Part shown: positions 1 through 9,268 of the stretch, in pieces
Position numbering within the stretch: position 1 is the first letter of the stretch
How the letters are laid out: every line of letters starts with the position of its first letter
DNA from: an uncultured bacterium
Lineage (GTDB): Bacteria > Babelota > Babeliae > Babelales > Vermiphilaceae
DNA: 64,000 nt
Direction of reading: 5' to 3'
Assembly (NCBI GenBank): GCA_963698045.1
Contig: OY969115.1
Coordinates: forward strand, 843,467 to 907,466
Translations under genes and position numbers: made by a program
Notes under the pieces: model-generated
The model's input: only the letters and a program-made list of their open reading frames with translations
What the model was told of the DNA's origin: nothing
Database searches by the model: none

Positions 1-368
1 TCAAAAAAAATCAGCCCCGTAACGCTCTTAGCGATCTCAACGCAATTCGAACTCAAATAAAGAACACTATTTGTGAAATAAATGAGACTAATCAAAAACA
101 AATTTTACTCCAAGTTGTTGGACTAATTAATGGACTAATAAAAAAATTGTCTGACGAAGAAGGTAGCGCTCCTGAAGCCCTTAGAGAAAAATTACGTGCA
201 GACGCTACTAGAAATAACCTAAAGGGAGCCTTACAAAATTGGAAGAAAATTGAAGTTGATGTGAACGCTTGTACAGAAAAAATAGTAACCGATTTAATAA
301 ATTTACTTCCTAGCGTGGATAATATTATCAATGCAGTACAATCAGACACATCACAACAAAAAAGATAA
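1..368 (+). CDS. 3' end of a hypothetical protein running in from the left window edge (helical, K/E/L-rich)
   Basis: The frame starting at nt 3 has no stop until TAA at 366-368. The ORF track shows only the TTG-initiated part (147..368). A hairpin terminator follows. Confidence 0.5.
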   Translation, partial: KKNQPRNALSDLNAIRTQIKNTICEINETNQKQILLQVVGLINGLIKKLSDEEGSAPEALREKLRADATRNNLKGALQNWKKIEVDVNACTEKIVTDLINLLPSVDNIINAVQSDTSQQKR

Positions 369-512
369 TAGAGTACTTAAAGCTGCTTGTACTCAGAAGA
401 TAAATCGATCTAAGATCTATAACCTAACCAATGGAAAGCAACATTCTTTCTCTTGGCTTAATGACTTCTTTATTTTGCACTTCCACAAATAGGTTGCGTC
501 CATATTTGAAAT

Positions 513-547
513 AAAAAAGGCCCAAGTTTTCTTGAGCCTTTTTTTAC
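513..547. terminator. Hairpin between convergent genes, flanked by an A-run and a T-run (bidirectional terminator candidate)
   Basis: aaaaaaGGCCCAAGttttCTTGAGCCttttttt, an 8-bp stem with one mismatch, lying between the stops at 368 (+) and 548 (-). Confidence 0.5.
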
Positions 548-1912
548 TTAAAGAACTCTATTAAAAGCAAAATAATAATTCCCATAAACAGGCCCAGCTG
601 AAGTTACTGGCAATGGTGCAGGGGAAAGGACGTTTATATTATAATTATTTGTAAACTTTGCTAAATTGTATGCAACATTCCCAAATATTGCTGAAGTTGC
701 TGATAATCCCTCATCATTAACGGCATATCCATTTCCTCCGCCATTAGCTTCTGCTCCCGTTTTTGCGATAATGCAATTACTCACTTCGGTGGTCATAGCT
801 CCCGCGACAATAGTAACACCATCTCCTCCATTCGCTGAGCCACCAGCAGTAGTCGTTAGACCAGCATCTGCACCAGAAATGGTTGAAAACTGAATCTTGC
901 AGTTTTGGCTAGTGCTATCAACGTATACACCACTACCTCCAACGCCACCGGTACCATTGTTACTTTCTCCACCATTACCTGCAGCTATTATGTTGTTTTT
1001 TATTTGTGCAGCAGTATTACTCCCAGATTCAGAAGATAATGTAATCCCATTGCCACCATTTCCTCCACCAAGAGTACCTGAAGGACTACTATCAAGACCC
1101 CCCATTCCGCCAATAATGCTATTGTTTAAAATTAAGGTATTAATGGTATCTGATACAAATATTCCATCACCACCAAAATTATAAAGTGAACCTCCTCCAT
1201 TACCATTACCCGCAGTAATTATGTTATTTTCTATAAGGATATTTCCCAGAACATTTAAATTTATACCGGTACCTCCCCTGCCGCCGTTGTCAGAAATAGT
1301 GCTACCTGCACTGCCACTACCCGCAATAATTTCACAATCAATAATCTTGACACCATTCGTTGCCAAAGAAGAACCCGCAATATCTATACCATCTCTTCCC
1401 GGAATACCACTACCACTTGCCCCCGCACTGCAATCTACAACGCAATTGGTTATAGAAACATAACCATTTTGAGTATTAATCAAGATACCAGCTGCGATAT
1501 CAGTAGCAGTTGACGGTGGAGTGGTAATAAAGCCATTTTTTAAATTAACGTGGTCAACGTTAAAGCCATTCACTAACCCATTAACGGTTCTATTATTAAG
1601 ATCCAAGGTAACGTCATTTGCGGTAATGGTAATGTTACCCGTAATGTCATTTGCTAAACAATAGTTACCGGCAAGACTTAGCGTGATGTTACCTGTGGTT
1701 ATAGCTGTGACAGAACATGCAGCAGAACTACTGCCACATGTGCAATCCAGAATACTACTTACAATATCTAAAATAGTATCCGTAGTTTCACCAATACGCT
1801 GATTTATGCACCATAAATTCTGCCCCGGTATAATGGGAGCAACCAATGCCTGTGCCGTACTGGCAATAAGACAAAATAGAAAAGAAATATAGACTATTTT
1901 TGCATATTTCAT
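548..1912 (-). CDS. Secreted Gly/Asn/Thr-rich repeat protein, probably a right-handed parallel beta-helix (adhesin or pectate-lyase-like fold)
   Basis: Signal peptide MKYAKIVYISFLFCLIASTAQA. Many short repeats such as GNITL / NDITGNITITANDVTLDL / GGxGGxG. AGGAGA RBS 6 nt upstream of the ATG. Confidence 0.7.
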   Translation of the reverse strand: MKYAKIVYISFLFCLIASTAQALVAPIIPGQNLWCINQRIGETTDTILDIVSSILDCTCGSSSAACSVTAITTGNITLSLAGNYCLANDITGNITITANDVTLDLNNRTVNGLVNGFNVDHVNLKNGFITTPPSTATDIAAGILINTQNGYVSITNCVVDCSAGASGSGIPGRDGIDIAGSSLATNGVKIIDCEIIAGSGSAGSTISDNGGRGGTGINLNVLGNILIENNIITAGNGNGGGSLYNFGGDGIFVSDTINTLILNNSIIGGMGGLDSSPSGTLGGGNGGNGITLSSESGSNTAAQIKNNIIAAGNGGESNNGTGGVGGSGVYVDSTSQNCKIQFSTISGADAGLTTTAGGSANGGDGVTIVAGAMTTEVSNCIIAKTGAEANGGGNGYAVNDEGLSATSAIFGNVAYNLAKFTNNYNINVLSPAPLPVTSAGPVYGNYYFAFNRVL

Positions 1913-2182
1913 GCTTCATCTCCTTTGTTTTCTTAATCACTAACAACTTCTCATATAATCAATAAGATAATTAATAGGGTTTAAATTGTACAAGAGTTAC
2001 TTGCAAGTAATCTTCAAATAAAGGAATTGCAAATCATACAACAGAAGTATTAAATTTTGTTTTATAGGGGCAATTAAAGCAGGTAGTGCTTTTAAAAATC
2101 TATTTTCTCTTCACCAATCGCTTACGCAACTGATATACTAAAGGCATAAGAATTAAAATCATAATCTGATTGTGACGCTAAT

Positions 2183-3376
2183 ATGAATTTGCACAATAAT
2201 GCCTGGATAGAACTGAACGCGGCTGCGCTAAACCATAATATTGCGCAATATAAAGCAGTAATAGGCGATCGCTTACTTGCACCAGTAATTAAAAGTAATG
2301 CCTATGGTCACGGTTTGCTGCCCATTGCACAACTCTGTAACCAAAATCCACAGGTTGGGTGGCTATGTGTTGCAAGCCTTTCTGACGCATTAAAACTCCG
2401 TGATCATGGCATCCAAAAGCCAATTATGGTAATGAGCTGCGTAGATGCAGACCTGTCACTGGCAATTGGCAAAAACATTGAATTTATAATAACCCATGAA
2501 GAACTTGCGCATGACCTTAATGAAATGGGTAAACGGTATAATGCCGTCTTTAATGTACATCTTAAAATAGATACCGGTCTTTCCCGTCTTGGGGTACCAA
2601 TAGCCCGTGCAATACCATTTGTGCACCAGCTGCTTTCATTACCCTATCTACAATTACATGGTCTTTGTACTCATTATGCAGAAACACAAAAAGAGGACCA
2701 AAGTTACGCCAACTATCAACTAGAACAATTTTACGCAATTCTGGACCAACTAGAAGCGCAAGGTATCACCATTCCTTTTATACATGCATCTAATTCTGCA
2801 GCAACTACCACGCTTAATTTAGCGCGGTGCAACCTGTTTAGGATTGGTATTGGTATATATGGAATTTGGCCATCTGCAGCAAATAAAGCAATGACCTTGG
2901 CAAACTACCCCGCCTTTACCCTACAGCCGGTAATGACCTGGAAAACACGGGTAATGGCTTTAAAAACCCTACCTGCCAACCAACCGGTAGGATATGACCG
3001 TACTACCTATACCACTAGAGAAACCAAAATAGCTATTGTTCCTATTGGCTATTATGACGGGTATGATTTTAGACTGTTTAATAAATCTGGGATGATAATA
3101 CAAGACTGTTTAGCACCCACTATTGGCCGTATTTCTATGAATGTTGCTACCTTAGACGTAACCAACATTCCCCACATTAAACGGGGTGATGAAGTAACTA
3201 TTTTAGGAAATCATCCGGACATTACAGTATATGCCTTGAGCACGTTAGCCGGTAATCCGAATGTACGGGAACTTATGATTAAAATTAACGCCACCATTCC
3301 CCGTATAATAGTACCGCATCAAGAAAAGGTATTAGTTGCAGCAGATCAATTACAATCTACTCCCAGTCCAAAATAA
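2183..3376 (+). CDS. alr: Alanine racemase
   Basis: PLP-lysine motif VIKSNAYGHG near the N-terminus. Length 397 aa. Conserved PVGYDRTTY segment in the C-terminal barrel. Confidence 0.9.
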   Translation: MNLHNNAWIELNAAALNHNIAQYKAVIGDRLLAPVIKSNAYGHGLLPIAQLCNQNPQVGWLCVASLSDALKLRDHGIQKPIMVMSCVDADLSLAIGKNIEFIITHEELAHDLNEMGKRYNAVFNVHLKIDTGLSRLGVPIARAIPFVHQLLSLPYLQLHGLCTHYAETQKEDQSYANYQLEQFYAILDQLEAQGITIPFIHASNSAATTTLNLARCNLFRIGIGIYGIWPSAANKAMTLANYPAFTLQPVMTWKTRVMALKTLPANQPVGYDRTTYTTRETKIAIVPIGYYDGYDFRLFNKSGMIIQDCLAPTIGRISMNVATLDVTNIPHIKRGDEVTILGNHPDITVYALSTLAGNPNVRELMIKINATIPRIIVPHQEKVLVAADQLQSTPSPK

Positions 3377-3382
3377 TAAGTA

Positions 3383-4156
3383 TTAACGCAAAAAGGTAAT
3401 ACCAAATTGTGTTTGCATCTGTTCTTTAGAAAGTAAGTGTGCACGCACCTGTTCTTCAGTATGCAATTCTTGAAGGGTAACTGCATGTTGCAGAGTTATG
3501 GCCCCAACAGAATACCGCGTTAGCTTTTGGGTAGTTGCATAATTACCCACCTTATGGGCAATGTCATTAAGAACAGAACGCACATATGTACCACAAGAAA
3601 CACACATATCTACGGTAAATTCCGGATTATTAAAATCTTGCAACTGTAACCTATATAATTTCACCAACCGTGCCTTTTGAGCAGCAATCTGTTGCAGCTC
3701 TTCTAATGAAGCAAGCTTGGAACGCGCCTGCTGGTATAAAGGCATTCCCTGATATTTAACTGCGGCATACACCGGGGGAACTTGTAGATACTCACTACCA
3801 AAAGAAGTAATTGCATCTGCGATCTGCTGACGGCTTATGTGCGCAGGATCTGCAGTACGCACTACTGCCCCTTCCGCATCTAATGAATCCGTAAGCACTC
3901 CCAATACCCCTGTAGCCCGGTAACATTTGGGCAATTGTCCAAAAACGGACAACTCCCGAGTAGCAACACGCCCAATAGCAACAATAAGTAACCCATCAGC
4001 TAATGGGTCTAAGGTACCGGCATGGCCAATGCGTAACCGCTTCTTACAAGTGCGCTTTATATGCCGTATTACATCATATGAACTTATGCCAACCGGCTTA
4101 TAGATTAATAAAAAACCGGAATAATCTACCCCCATTGACCCAATTATGCCTTCCAT
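3383..4156 (-). CDS. truB: tRNA pseudouridine(55) synthase
   Basis: Catalytic motif GHAGTLDPLADGLL, length ~250 aa, PUA-less TruB layout. Convergent with alr, only 6 nt apart. Confidence 0.9.
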   Translation of the reverse strand: MEGIIGSMGVDYSGFLLIYKPVGISSYDVIRHIKRTCKKRLRIGHAGTLDPLADGLLIVAIGRVATRELSVFGQLPKCYRATGVLGVLTDSLDAEGAVVRTADPAHISRQQIADAITSFGSEYLQVPPVYAAVKYQGMPLYQQARSKLASLEELQQIAAQKARLVKLYRLQLQDFNNPEFTVDMCVSCGTYVRSVLNDIAHKVGNYATTQKLTRYSVGAITLQHAVTLQELHTEEQVRAHLLSKEQMQTQFGITFLR

Positions 4157-4355
4157 TGGCCACTTCCCTTACAAATAATGATTATATTTCCCTATAAAAT
4201 ACCAGGATTCCTCTCTTATTAAAACTATTGATTTTAGGCCCCTTGGTTTGTTATATTTACAATTAGGAAATAATATCAAGGAAAAGGGTAGTAGTATAAA
4301 GGACTATAATATAGCCAAACGCGCTTACCAGAGCGCAAGATAAGGAGATTTTATA

Positions 4356-4628
4356 ATGAAGATTAATCGTTCATTAATTATTCTGGTTGTTTTGGCCGGC
4401 AGCAGCATTTGTGCAGCACGATATGCTAATTCACAATTAATGGCCTGCTCAGAACCTTCAGAAGGTACCTGCGCTTATAATGAAAGCCCGGCAACCAGTG
4501 ATGTGTCACGCAGACCAAGTTATCTTAGACGTGTTTCTCTTGATTACCATGGCAATGAATATAGCAAACGCATGACCAATGAACACTTTACCTATGATCC
4601 AGAAGAAGCGGGATTAACGGAACGTTAA
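4356..4628 (+). CDS. Small secreted hypothetical protein (90 aa)
   Basis: RBS AAGGAG upstream. Signal peptide MKINRSLIILVVLAGSSICAA. First of five co-oriented small signal-peptide ORFs. Confidence 0.6.
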   Translation: MKINRSLIILVVLAGSSICAARYANSQLMACSEPSEGTCAYNESPATSDVSRRPSYLRRVSLDYHGNEYSKRMTNEHFTYDPEEAGLTER

Positions 4629-4644
4629 AATAAGGAAGTTACAC

Positions 4645-5067
4645 ATGAAGATAAACTATTTATTTTTTATAGTATTAGCTCTGGTATTGCCCATTTCACT
4701 TGGCGCAATGCTTGACCCAAAGCCAATACAGCAAGCTCTGAAACTATTCGATAGCAATAAACCAACAAGTACACCTTCTAAACCAACACCCGCCTATTTA
4801 CAAGCTTTTAAAGACTTATTACAACCGTTTAAAAAGCAAGTTAATGACTATCGCCAATATCTAAAAGGTATAGATAAAGAGTCTAAGGAGCACAGTCTGG
4901 TATCCAACCTATTTAATGAATTCACAGAGATGGAAGACAATATAGATTTTTTAAAAAAATATTATGAAAATCCTGTGGCTCAAAAGCCCAGTAGTGGGAG
5001 CTTAAAACCATCACAAACACCATCAACACGTAGGGATGTAAATAGTAGCAGGTTGCAAAGAAGATAA
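4645..5067 (+). CDS. Small secreted hypothetical protein (140 aa)
   Basis: RBS AAGGAAG. Signal peptide MKINYLFFIVLALVLPISLGA. Ser/Pro/Thr-rich segments. Confidence 0.6.
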   Translation: MKINYLFFIVLALVLPISLGAMLDPKPIQQALKLFDSNKPTSTPSKPTPAYLQAFKDLLQPFKKQVNDYRQYLKGIDKESKEHSLVSNLFNEFTEMEDNIDFLKKYYENPVAQKPSSGSLKPSQTPSTRRDVNSSRLQRR

Positions 5068-5132
5068 AAAAATTGGTAGCCAAAGGAAGGTATCCGTTGG
5101 CAGATAATAACTCTAATTGAAGGAGAGAGAGT

Positions 5133-5663
5133 ATGAAGTTCAATAAATTAGCCGTGCTTACCTTAGCAGCTGGTTTAACTAACCTAGCACAGGCAGAATC
5201 AGCAGAACTGACTATACAAAAGCTAGAAGCTAAGCGCGCAGCGTTGGTTCAACGAGAAAAAGCATTAGAGCAAGAAAAACTAGCAGCGCATGACACAATC
5301 AGAAAGAACAATCTAGAAATACAAAAGCTTTCACAAGAACGTAGTCAATTGCGCCATAAGATTGCACAACTACGTGGTACTGCGGTGCCTGCAACCGCAG
5401 CAGTTGCTAGAAAAACAACCAAGTACCCAGCATCTACTATAGGTAAATCTACCAGATATCCTGCAACAAGAACTACAAGCACCGTATCTAAGAAACCTGC
5501 AACGGCAAAAACATCTGCTCCATTAAAAGCAGAAAAACAAGCTCCAGCAAAACCAGCAAAGCTGAATAAATATAAAGCAGAAACAGCTCAAGAAAGAGCA
5601 AATCGTCAAGCTAAAGCTAAACGATTAAAAGAAAAAGAATTAAAAGCAGAAGCTAAAAAATAA
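5133..5663 (+). CDS. Secreted Ala/Lys-rich coiled-coil protein (176 aa)
   Basis: RBS GAAGGAG. Signal peptide MKFNKLAVLTLAAGLTNLAQA. Heptad-like KLEAKRAALVQREKALEQEK region and a basic AKAK tail. Confidence 0.65.
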   Translation: MKFNKLAVLTLAAGLTNLAQAESAELTIQKLEAKRAALVQREKALEQEKLAAHDTIRKNNLEIQKLSQERSQLRHKIAQLRGTAVPATAAVARKTTKYPASTIGKSTRYPATRTTSTVSKKPATAKTSAPLKAEKQAPAKPAKLNKYKAETAQERANRQAKAKRLKEKELKAEAKK

Positions 5664-5686
5664 GTAATTACATAAGCGAGGAAATT

Positions 5687-6082
5687 ATGAAGTTTATACG
5701 TATATTAACCCTTCTTCTGGTCGTTGCTACTGCAGCGCCCGTGCTTGCACGTGGCGGACATGGCGGCGGTGGACATCACGGTGGTGGTGGACACCATGGC
5801 GGTGGGCATCACGGCGGTGGCGGTCATCATGGCGGTGGACACCGTGGTGGATACGGTCGTGGTGGATATGGCCGTGGTGGATATGGATATGGTCGCGGTG
5901 GCTATGGCTACGGCGGTGGTTATGGCGGTTGGGGCTGGGCTCCAGTAGCAGCCGTTGGTACCGGGTTAGCACTTGGTGCAGCAGCAAGCGCTGGTGATGG
6001 TGACACCATTATAAACGAAGGCGACCAAGTGTATGAAGAACCAATAGAAGAAGCAGTAACTTATTCCGATGAAGGCTATTAA
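5687..6082 (+). CDS. Secreted Gly/His- and Gly/Tyr/Arg-repeat protein with a hydrophobic segment and an acidic tail
   Basis: Signal peptide MKFIRILTLLLVVATAAPVLA, then GGHH repeats, RGGYG repeats, WAPVAAVGTGLALGAAASAG and an E/D-rich end. Locally GC-rich DNA. Confidence 0.7.
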   Translation: MKFIRILTLLLVVATAAPVLARGGHGGGGHHGGGGHHGGGHHGGGGHHGGGHRGGYGRGGYGRGGYGYGRGGYGYGGGYGGWGWAPVAAVGTGLALGAAASAGDGDTIINEGDQVYEEPIEEAVTYSDEGY

Positions 6083-6098
6083 TAAAAAGGGGATTGGT

Positions 6099-6356
6099 AT
6101 GAAACGTAACTGGTTAATGGTTGCACTGTTCACAGTAGCAACCCCAGCAATAGCATGGTATGGGGGGAGCAGTTATACCCCCTCTTACGAAGGTAGAGCA
6201 GGCGCAGGGTATATTACGCCCAGCAGATTTGCACCACGTGCATATAACAAGAACACCGGATGGAACTCCACCGACAAACATGGACGGTGCGCATACACTA
6301 ATGAGCAGACCTACACCGAAGGCACACGCAAAAAAAATAGTATAATTAAAAGATAA
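6099..6356 (+). CDS. Small secreted hypothetical protein (85 aa)
   Basis: Internal ATG at 6099 is preceded by AAGGGGA and gives signal peptide MKRNWLMVALFTVATPAIA. The track ORF 6069..6356 would overlap the upstream gene. Confidence 0.55.
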   Translation: MKRNWLMVALFTVATPAIAWYGGSSYTPSYEGRAGAGYITPSRFAPRAYNKNTGWNSTDKHGRCAYTNEQTYTEGTRKKNSIIKR

Positions 6357-6374
6357 TAAGAATAACCAAGATTA

Positions 6375-6422
6375 AAGGGCTGACGTTTTTGCACAGTATG
6401 CAAAACAAACAGCCCTTTTTTT
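6375..6422. terminator. Two-tier hairpin plus T-run between convergent genes
   Basis: Outer stem AAAGGGCT/AGCCCTTT and inner stem TTTTGCA/TGCAAAA, followed by a T-run. Lies between the stop at 6356 (+) and the tyrS stop at 6421 (-). Confidence 0.55.
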
Positions 6423-7617
6423 ACTTAATTTTATATATTCTATGCTTACCAACCTTAACAATCATACCAGAAACCCACGTTATCTCTGCTTTAAAGTCAG
6501 TAACGGGAATACCGTCAATATGTACAGCCCCAGATTCTATAAGTCTCCGCGCTTCTGATGAACTGGTTAAGGCTCCCAATGCTTTGAGCAAATCAACTAT
6601 CCAACAAGGATGCGCTACGGCAGCCAGCTCCACCTCTTGGGCATGGGAATAATCTTTTTTCTGGAACAGTTCTTCAAATTGTAACTGGGCTGCTTCAGCT
6701 TGATCCGGCGACCAAAACTTAGCTACAATGCCACGTGCCATTTGCTTTTTTAAATCCATAGGATGCACAATATTATTTGCAACAGCCACTTGCATCTCTT
6801 TTATCTGTTTTTCAGAAACTAATAACAGTAAATGGTAATAACGCCACATTAATTCATCAGAAATAGACATTAATTTACCAAATGCTTCTTGCGGCGGTTC
6901 TGCCAACCCAATCGCATTTCCCAAAGATTTTGACATCTTGTTAACGCCATCTAAACCCTCGAGTAATGGCGTAGTAATTATTACTTGTGCGGGTTGACCA
7001 TACTGCTCTTGTAAAAATCTGCCCATTAATAAGTTGAATGTTTGGTCTGTACCACCCAACTCTACATCTGCTTCTAATGCTACAGAATCATACCCTTGGA
7101 ACAGGGGATACAATAGTTCGTGAAAGCCTATAGGCTGGTTTTCTGCAAGACGTTTGGCAAAATCTTCCCGTTCAATAATGCGGGCAACGGTAACCTTGGC
7201 ACAGAGCTTTACCATGTTTTCTATGCTCAAAGCCCCCAACCACTCAGAATTGTATTTTATAATTACATGTGCGGGATCAAGAATTCTGCTTACCTGTTCA
7301 AAATAGGTTTGCATGTTACGCGTAATCTCTTCTTCTGTTAATGGCGGTCTTGTTTTTGAGCGTCCAGTTGGGTCCCCCACGCGAGCGGTAAAATCACCAA
7401 TCAAGAAAATTACCTGGTGCCCCAACTCTTGGAATTGCTTTAATTTGGAAAGCACTACCGCATGTCCCAAATGTAAGTCTGGAGCTGTGGGGTCCATGCC
7501 AAGCTTTATTTTAAGTTTTTTGCCACTGTCTAATTTTTTTTTCAGCTCTTCTGAAGGGGTTATTTGAACAGTTCCTTGCTCGATCTCTTTAAATATTTTC
7601 TCTGTTTCAGTTTTCAT
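6421..7617 (-). CDS. tyrS: Tyrosine--tRNA ligase
   Basis: Class I motifs HLGH (PDLHLGHAV) and KMSKS (KMSKSLGN). C-terminal S4-like RNA-binding domain. 398 aa. Confidence 0.92.
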   Translation of the reverse strand: MKTETEKIFKEIEQGTVQITPSEELKKKLDSGKKLKIKLGMDPTAPDLHLGHAVVLSKLKQFQELGHQVIFLIGDFTARVGDPTGRSKTRPPLTEEEITRNMQTYFEQVSRILDPAHVIIKYNSEWLGALSIENMVKLCAKVTVARIIEREDFAKRLAENQPIGFHELLYPLFQGYDSVALEADVELGGTDQTFNLLMGRFLQEQYGQPAQVIITTPLLEGLDGVNKMSKSLGNAIGLAEPPQEAFGKLMSISDELMWRYYHLLLLVSEKQIKEMQVAVANNIVHPMDLKKQMARGIVAKFWSPDQAEAAQLQFEELFQKKDYSHAQEVELAAVAHPCWIVDLLKALGALTSSSEARRLIESGAVHIDGIPVTDFKAEITWVSGMIVKVGKHRIYKIK

Positions 7618-7858
7618 ACTTGTTTCTTTATAACAGGTTACCGTAGTTACATTACGTTTTTAGCATATATAAGAGGAGAAAAAAAAATAGTGGGGGTTAG
7701 GAATAGGAGCTTTTCTGTTTTTATGCTTTTTGATTGCAATAGTTTATTTGCACAATAATCTTTTTGTAATTTCAAAATCTTTGATGCACCTCCCGTGCAG
7801 GGGTTAGGGTATTGTGAAACACCCTAACAACCCCCATTTAAGGGATAAACCCCTTAAA

Positions 7859-8068
7859 GATCCCCATACGCTTTGGATGCTAAAGGCCACCCCTATTTTT
7901 CCTATTCTTGCTGCTCAGTCCAATAACGCAAGGCGTTTTGTCCAGTTCGCTAGCAAGCATGGTAAAAACAGTGTGGCGTGCACTCGCCTTTCCATTTATT
8001 CACTCCGCAAGCTGCGTGAAAAATGGCGGCTCACTTCCATTCAAAGCTAGATCAGATTTTTATTTTAT
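7859..8068 (+). repeat. Left copy of a ~210-220-bp inverted repeat flanking the TA cassette
   Basis: Reverse-complement match to 8991..9210, with a near-identical ~45-nt core (GCTCAGTCCAATAACGCAAGGCGTTTTGTCCAGTTCGC) and a shared end TCAGATTTTTATTTTAT. Confidence 0.7.
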
Positions 8069-8427
8069 ATGGAGAGTAGGATGAAGTTGGCCTGGCCGGC
8101 CATGGAGGCCGTTTTTACAAAATCTTTATAAATTTCCTAATATGTTTATCCGACTACGCCATAGGGCTACGTCCCGACGGTGAGAACTTTGCAGAACATG
8201 GCAGTTTAGTATTTTAATAAATTAGAATAGGCTCCCCAGATGCGGGCTAGCTTTATTCAAAGCATTACGTAAATTACGGTTTTGTGAATTAAGAAATAAG
8301 AATGCCCTCTACAGCCGGGCGGGCTGGCTTCAATTACTACCCAGAAATATCTCTGCATTTATAAGATGTGTACTTCCGTAATTAGAAATTTCTGCAAAAC
8401 CAAACATGAATTACTTTTTTGATCGAT

Positions 8428-8739
8428 TTATTTTTTACGTTTAAAAACTTCTTGTGGTTCTTTACCAATTAAAGCAAGTAAATGTGCCAAACTTGAAAGA
8501 GTTAAGTTGGCCTCGCCACGTTGTATTTTAGCAACATGAGTTGGACTAGCATCTAAACGTCGCACCAGTTCATTAAATCCAATATCATTTGCTTTCATAT
8601 ATTCATTAATTGCTTTTGTTATTCCATATTGAATTGCTTTAAAGATTTTTACTTCAAGTTCTGCTTGCTCTTCTATTTCTGATATTTCTTTTTTGTTGAG
8701 AAGTTTTTCAAGATATGTTTGGAAACGTTTTGTTTTCAT
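8428..8739 (-). CDS. XRE-family helix-turn-helix antitoxin (HigA-like)
   Basis: HTH segment FNELVRRLDASPTHVAKIQRGEANLTLSSLAHLL. GGAGG RBS. Immediately downstream of a RelE/HigB-like toxin ORF. Confidence 0.75.
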   Translation of the reverse strand: MKTKRFQTYLEKLLNKKEISEIEEQAELEVKIFKAIQYGITKAINEYMKANDIGFNELVRRLDASPTHVAKIQRGEANLTLSSLAHLLALIGKEPQEVFKRKK

Positions 8740-8751
8740 AATTTTATCCTC

Positions 8752-8985
8752 CTAATTTTTTAATCGTTCTCGTGCAATCTTAATATCACTTTTTTGACTC
8801 TTTTTATTCCCGGCAACAACTAAGATAATTATATTATTATTTATAAATCCATAATAGATACGATATCCAAATCTCCGTTCTCTTAATTCAAAAAGGCCAT
8901 AGCCTAATGGTTTGCTGTGGGGTAATTTTAACTCATTTCCAGTTTTTTCAAGTATTTTAATTTCTTTGGCAACAGCTTTAACTAC
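8752..8985 (-). pseudogene. RelE/ParE-superfamily (Gp49/HigB-like) toxin, N-terminally truncated at the repeat boundary
   Basis: The C-terminal ~75 aa (KPLGYGLFELRERRFGYRIYYGF..IIILVVAGNKKSQKSDIKIARERLKN) fit the family. The usual first ~25 residues are missing. No ATG; upstream sequence is the inverted repeat. Confidence 0.6.
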
Positions 8986-8990
8986 TCTCA

Positions 8991-9210
8991 ATAAAATAAA
9001 AATCTGACTTAGCTTAGAAGCCTGCGTGAGCCGGAGCTTTTTTATTGAGCTTGCGTAAATAAAAAAATGTAGGCGAATGCTGACCCGAAATGTTTGCACC
9101 CTACTTGCTGCGAACTGGACAAAACGCCTTGCGTTATTGGACTGAGCTGCAAGGATAGGTAAAACATAAGGGGCGCCACTTATGGCGCGGGTCCTAAGCG
9201 TATAGGGATC
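8991..9210 (-). repeat. Right copy of the inverted repeat flanking the TA cassette
   Basis: Reverse complement of 7859..8068. It supplies the artefactual N-terminal half of track ORF 8752..9213. Confidence 0.7.
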
Positions 9211-9268
9211 CAAAGGAACTGTTGGTGTGTTGGATTTATAAGGGGTTGCACAAGCAATCCCTTATATG

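Noticed and set aside
666-1463. Pro-rich plus-strand ORFs (666..893, 897..1184, 1221..1463) and many similar antisense ORFs inside large genes (for example 10764..11234, 12982..13350, 32138..32512, 44961..45509, 49742..50389, 52519..53082, 59033..59644)
   Set aside because: They are antisense shadows of long, well-supported genes with repetitive codon structure. None has an independent start context or any motif.
5724-5987. ORFs 5724..5948 (+) and 5727..5987 (-) inside the Gly/His-rich gene
   Set aside because: They are alternative-frame artefacts of a GGN/CAY repetitive sequence. Only the 5687..6082 frame has an RBS, a signal peptide and a sensible end.
7618-7800. T-box or other leader upstream of tyrS
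   Set aside because: I found no specifier-loop or T-box consensus (AANNNGGGTGGTACCGCG-like) and no terminator/antiterminator pair. The hairpins at 7801..7860 belong to the region adjoining the inverted repeat.
7814-8050. 78-aa ORF sharing ILAAQSNNARRFVQFA with the N-terminal half of ORF 8752..9213; could be read as a duplicated small gene
   Set aside because: The similarity is at the DNA level within inverted repeats. Only a ~45-nt core is conserved, and the flanks diverge without preserving a protein. There is no RBS, so I treat it as a repeat element and not as coding.
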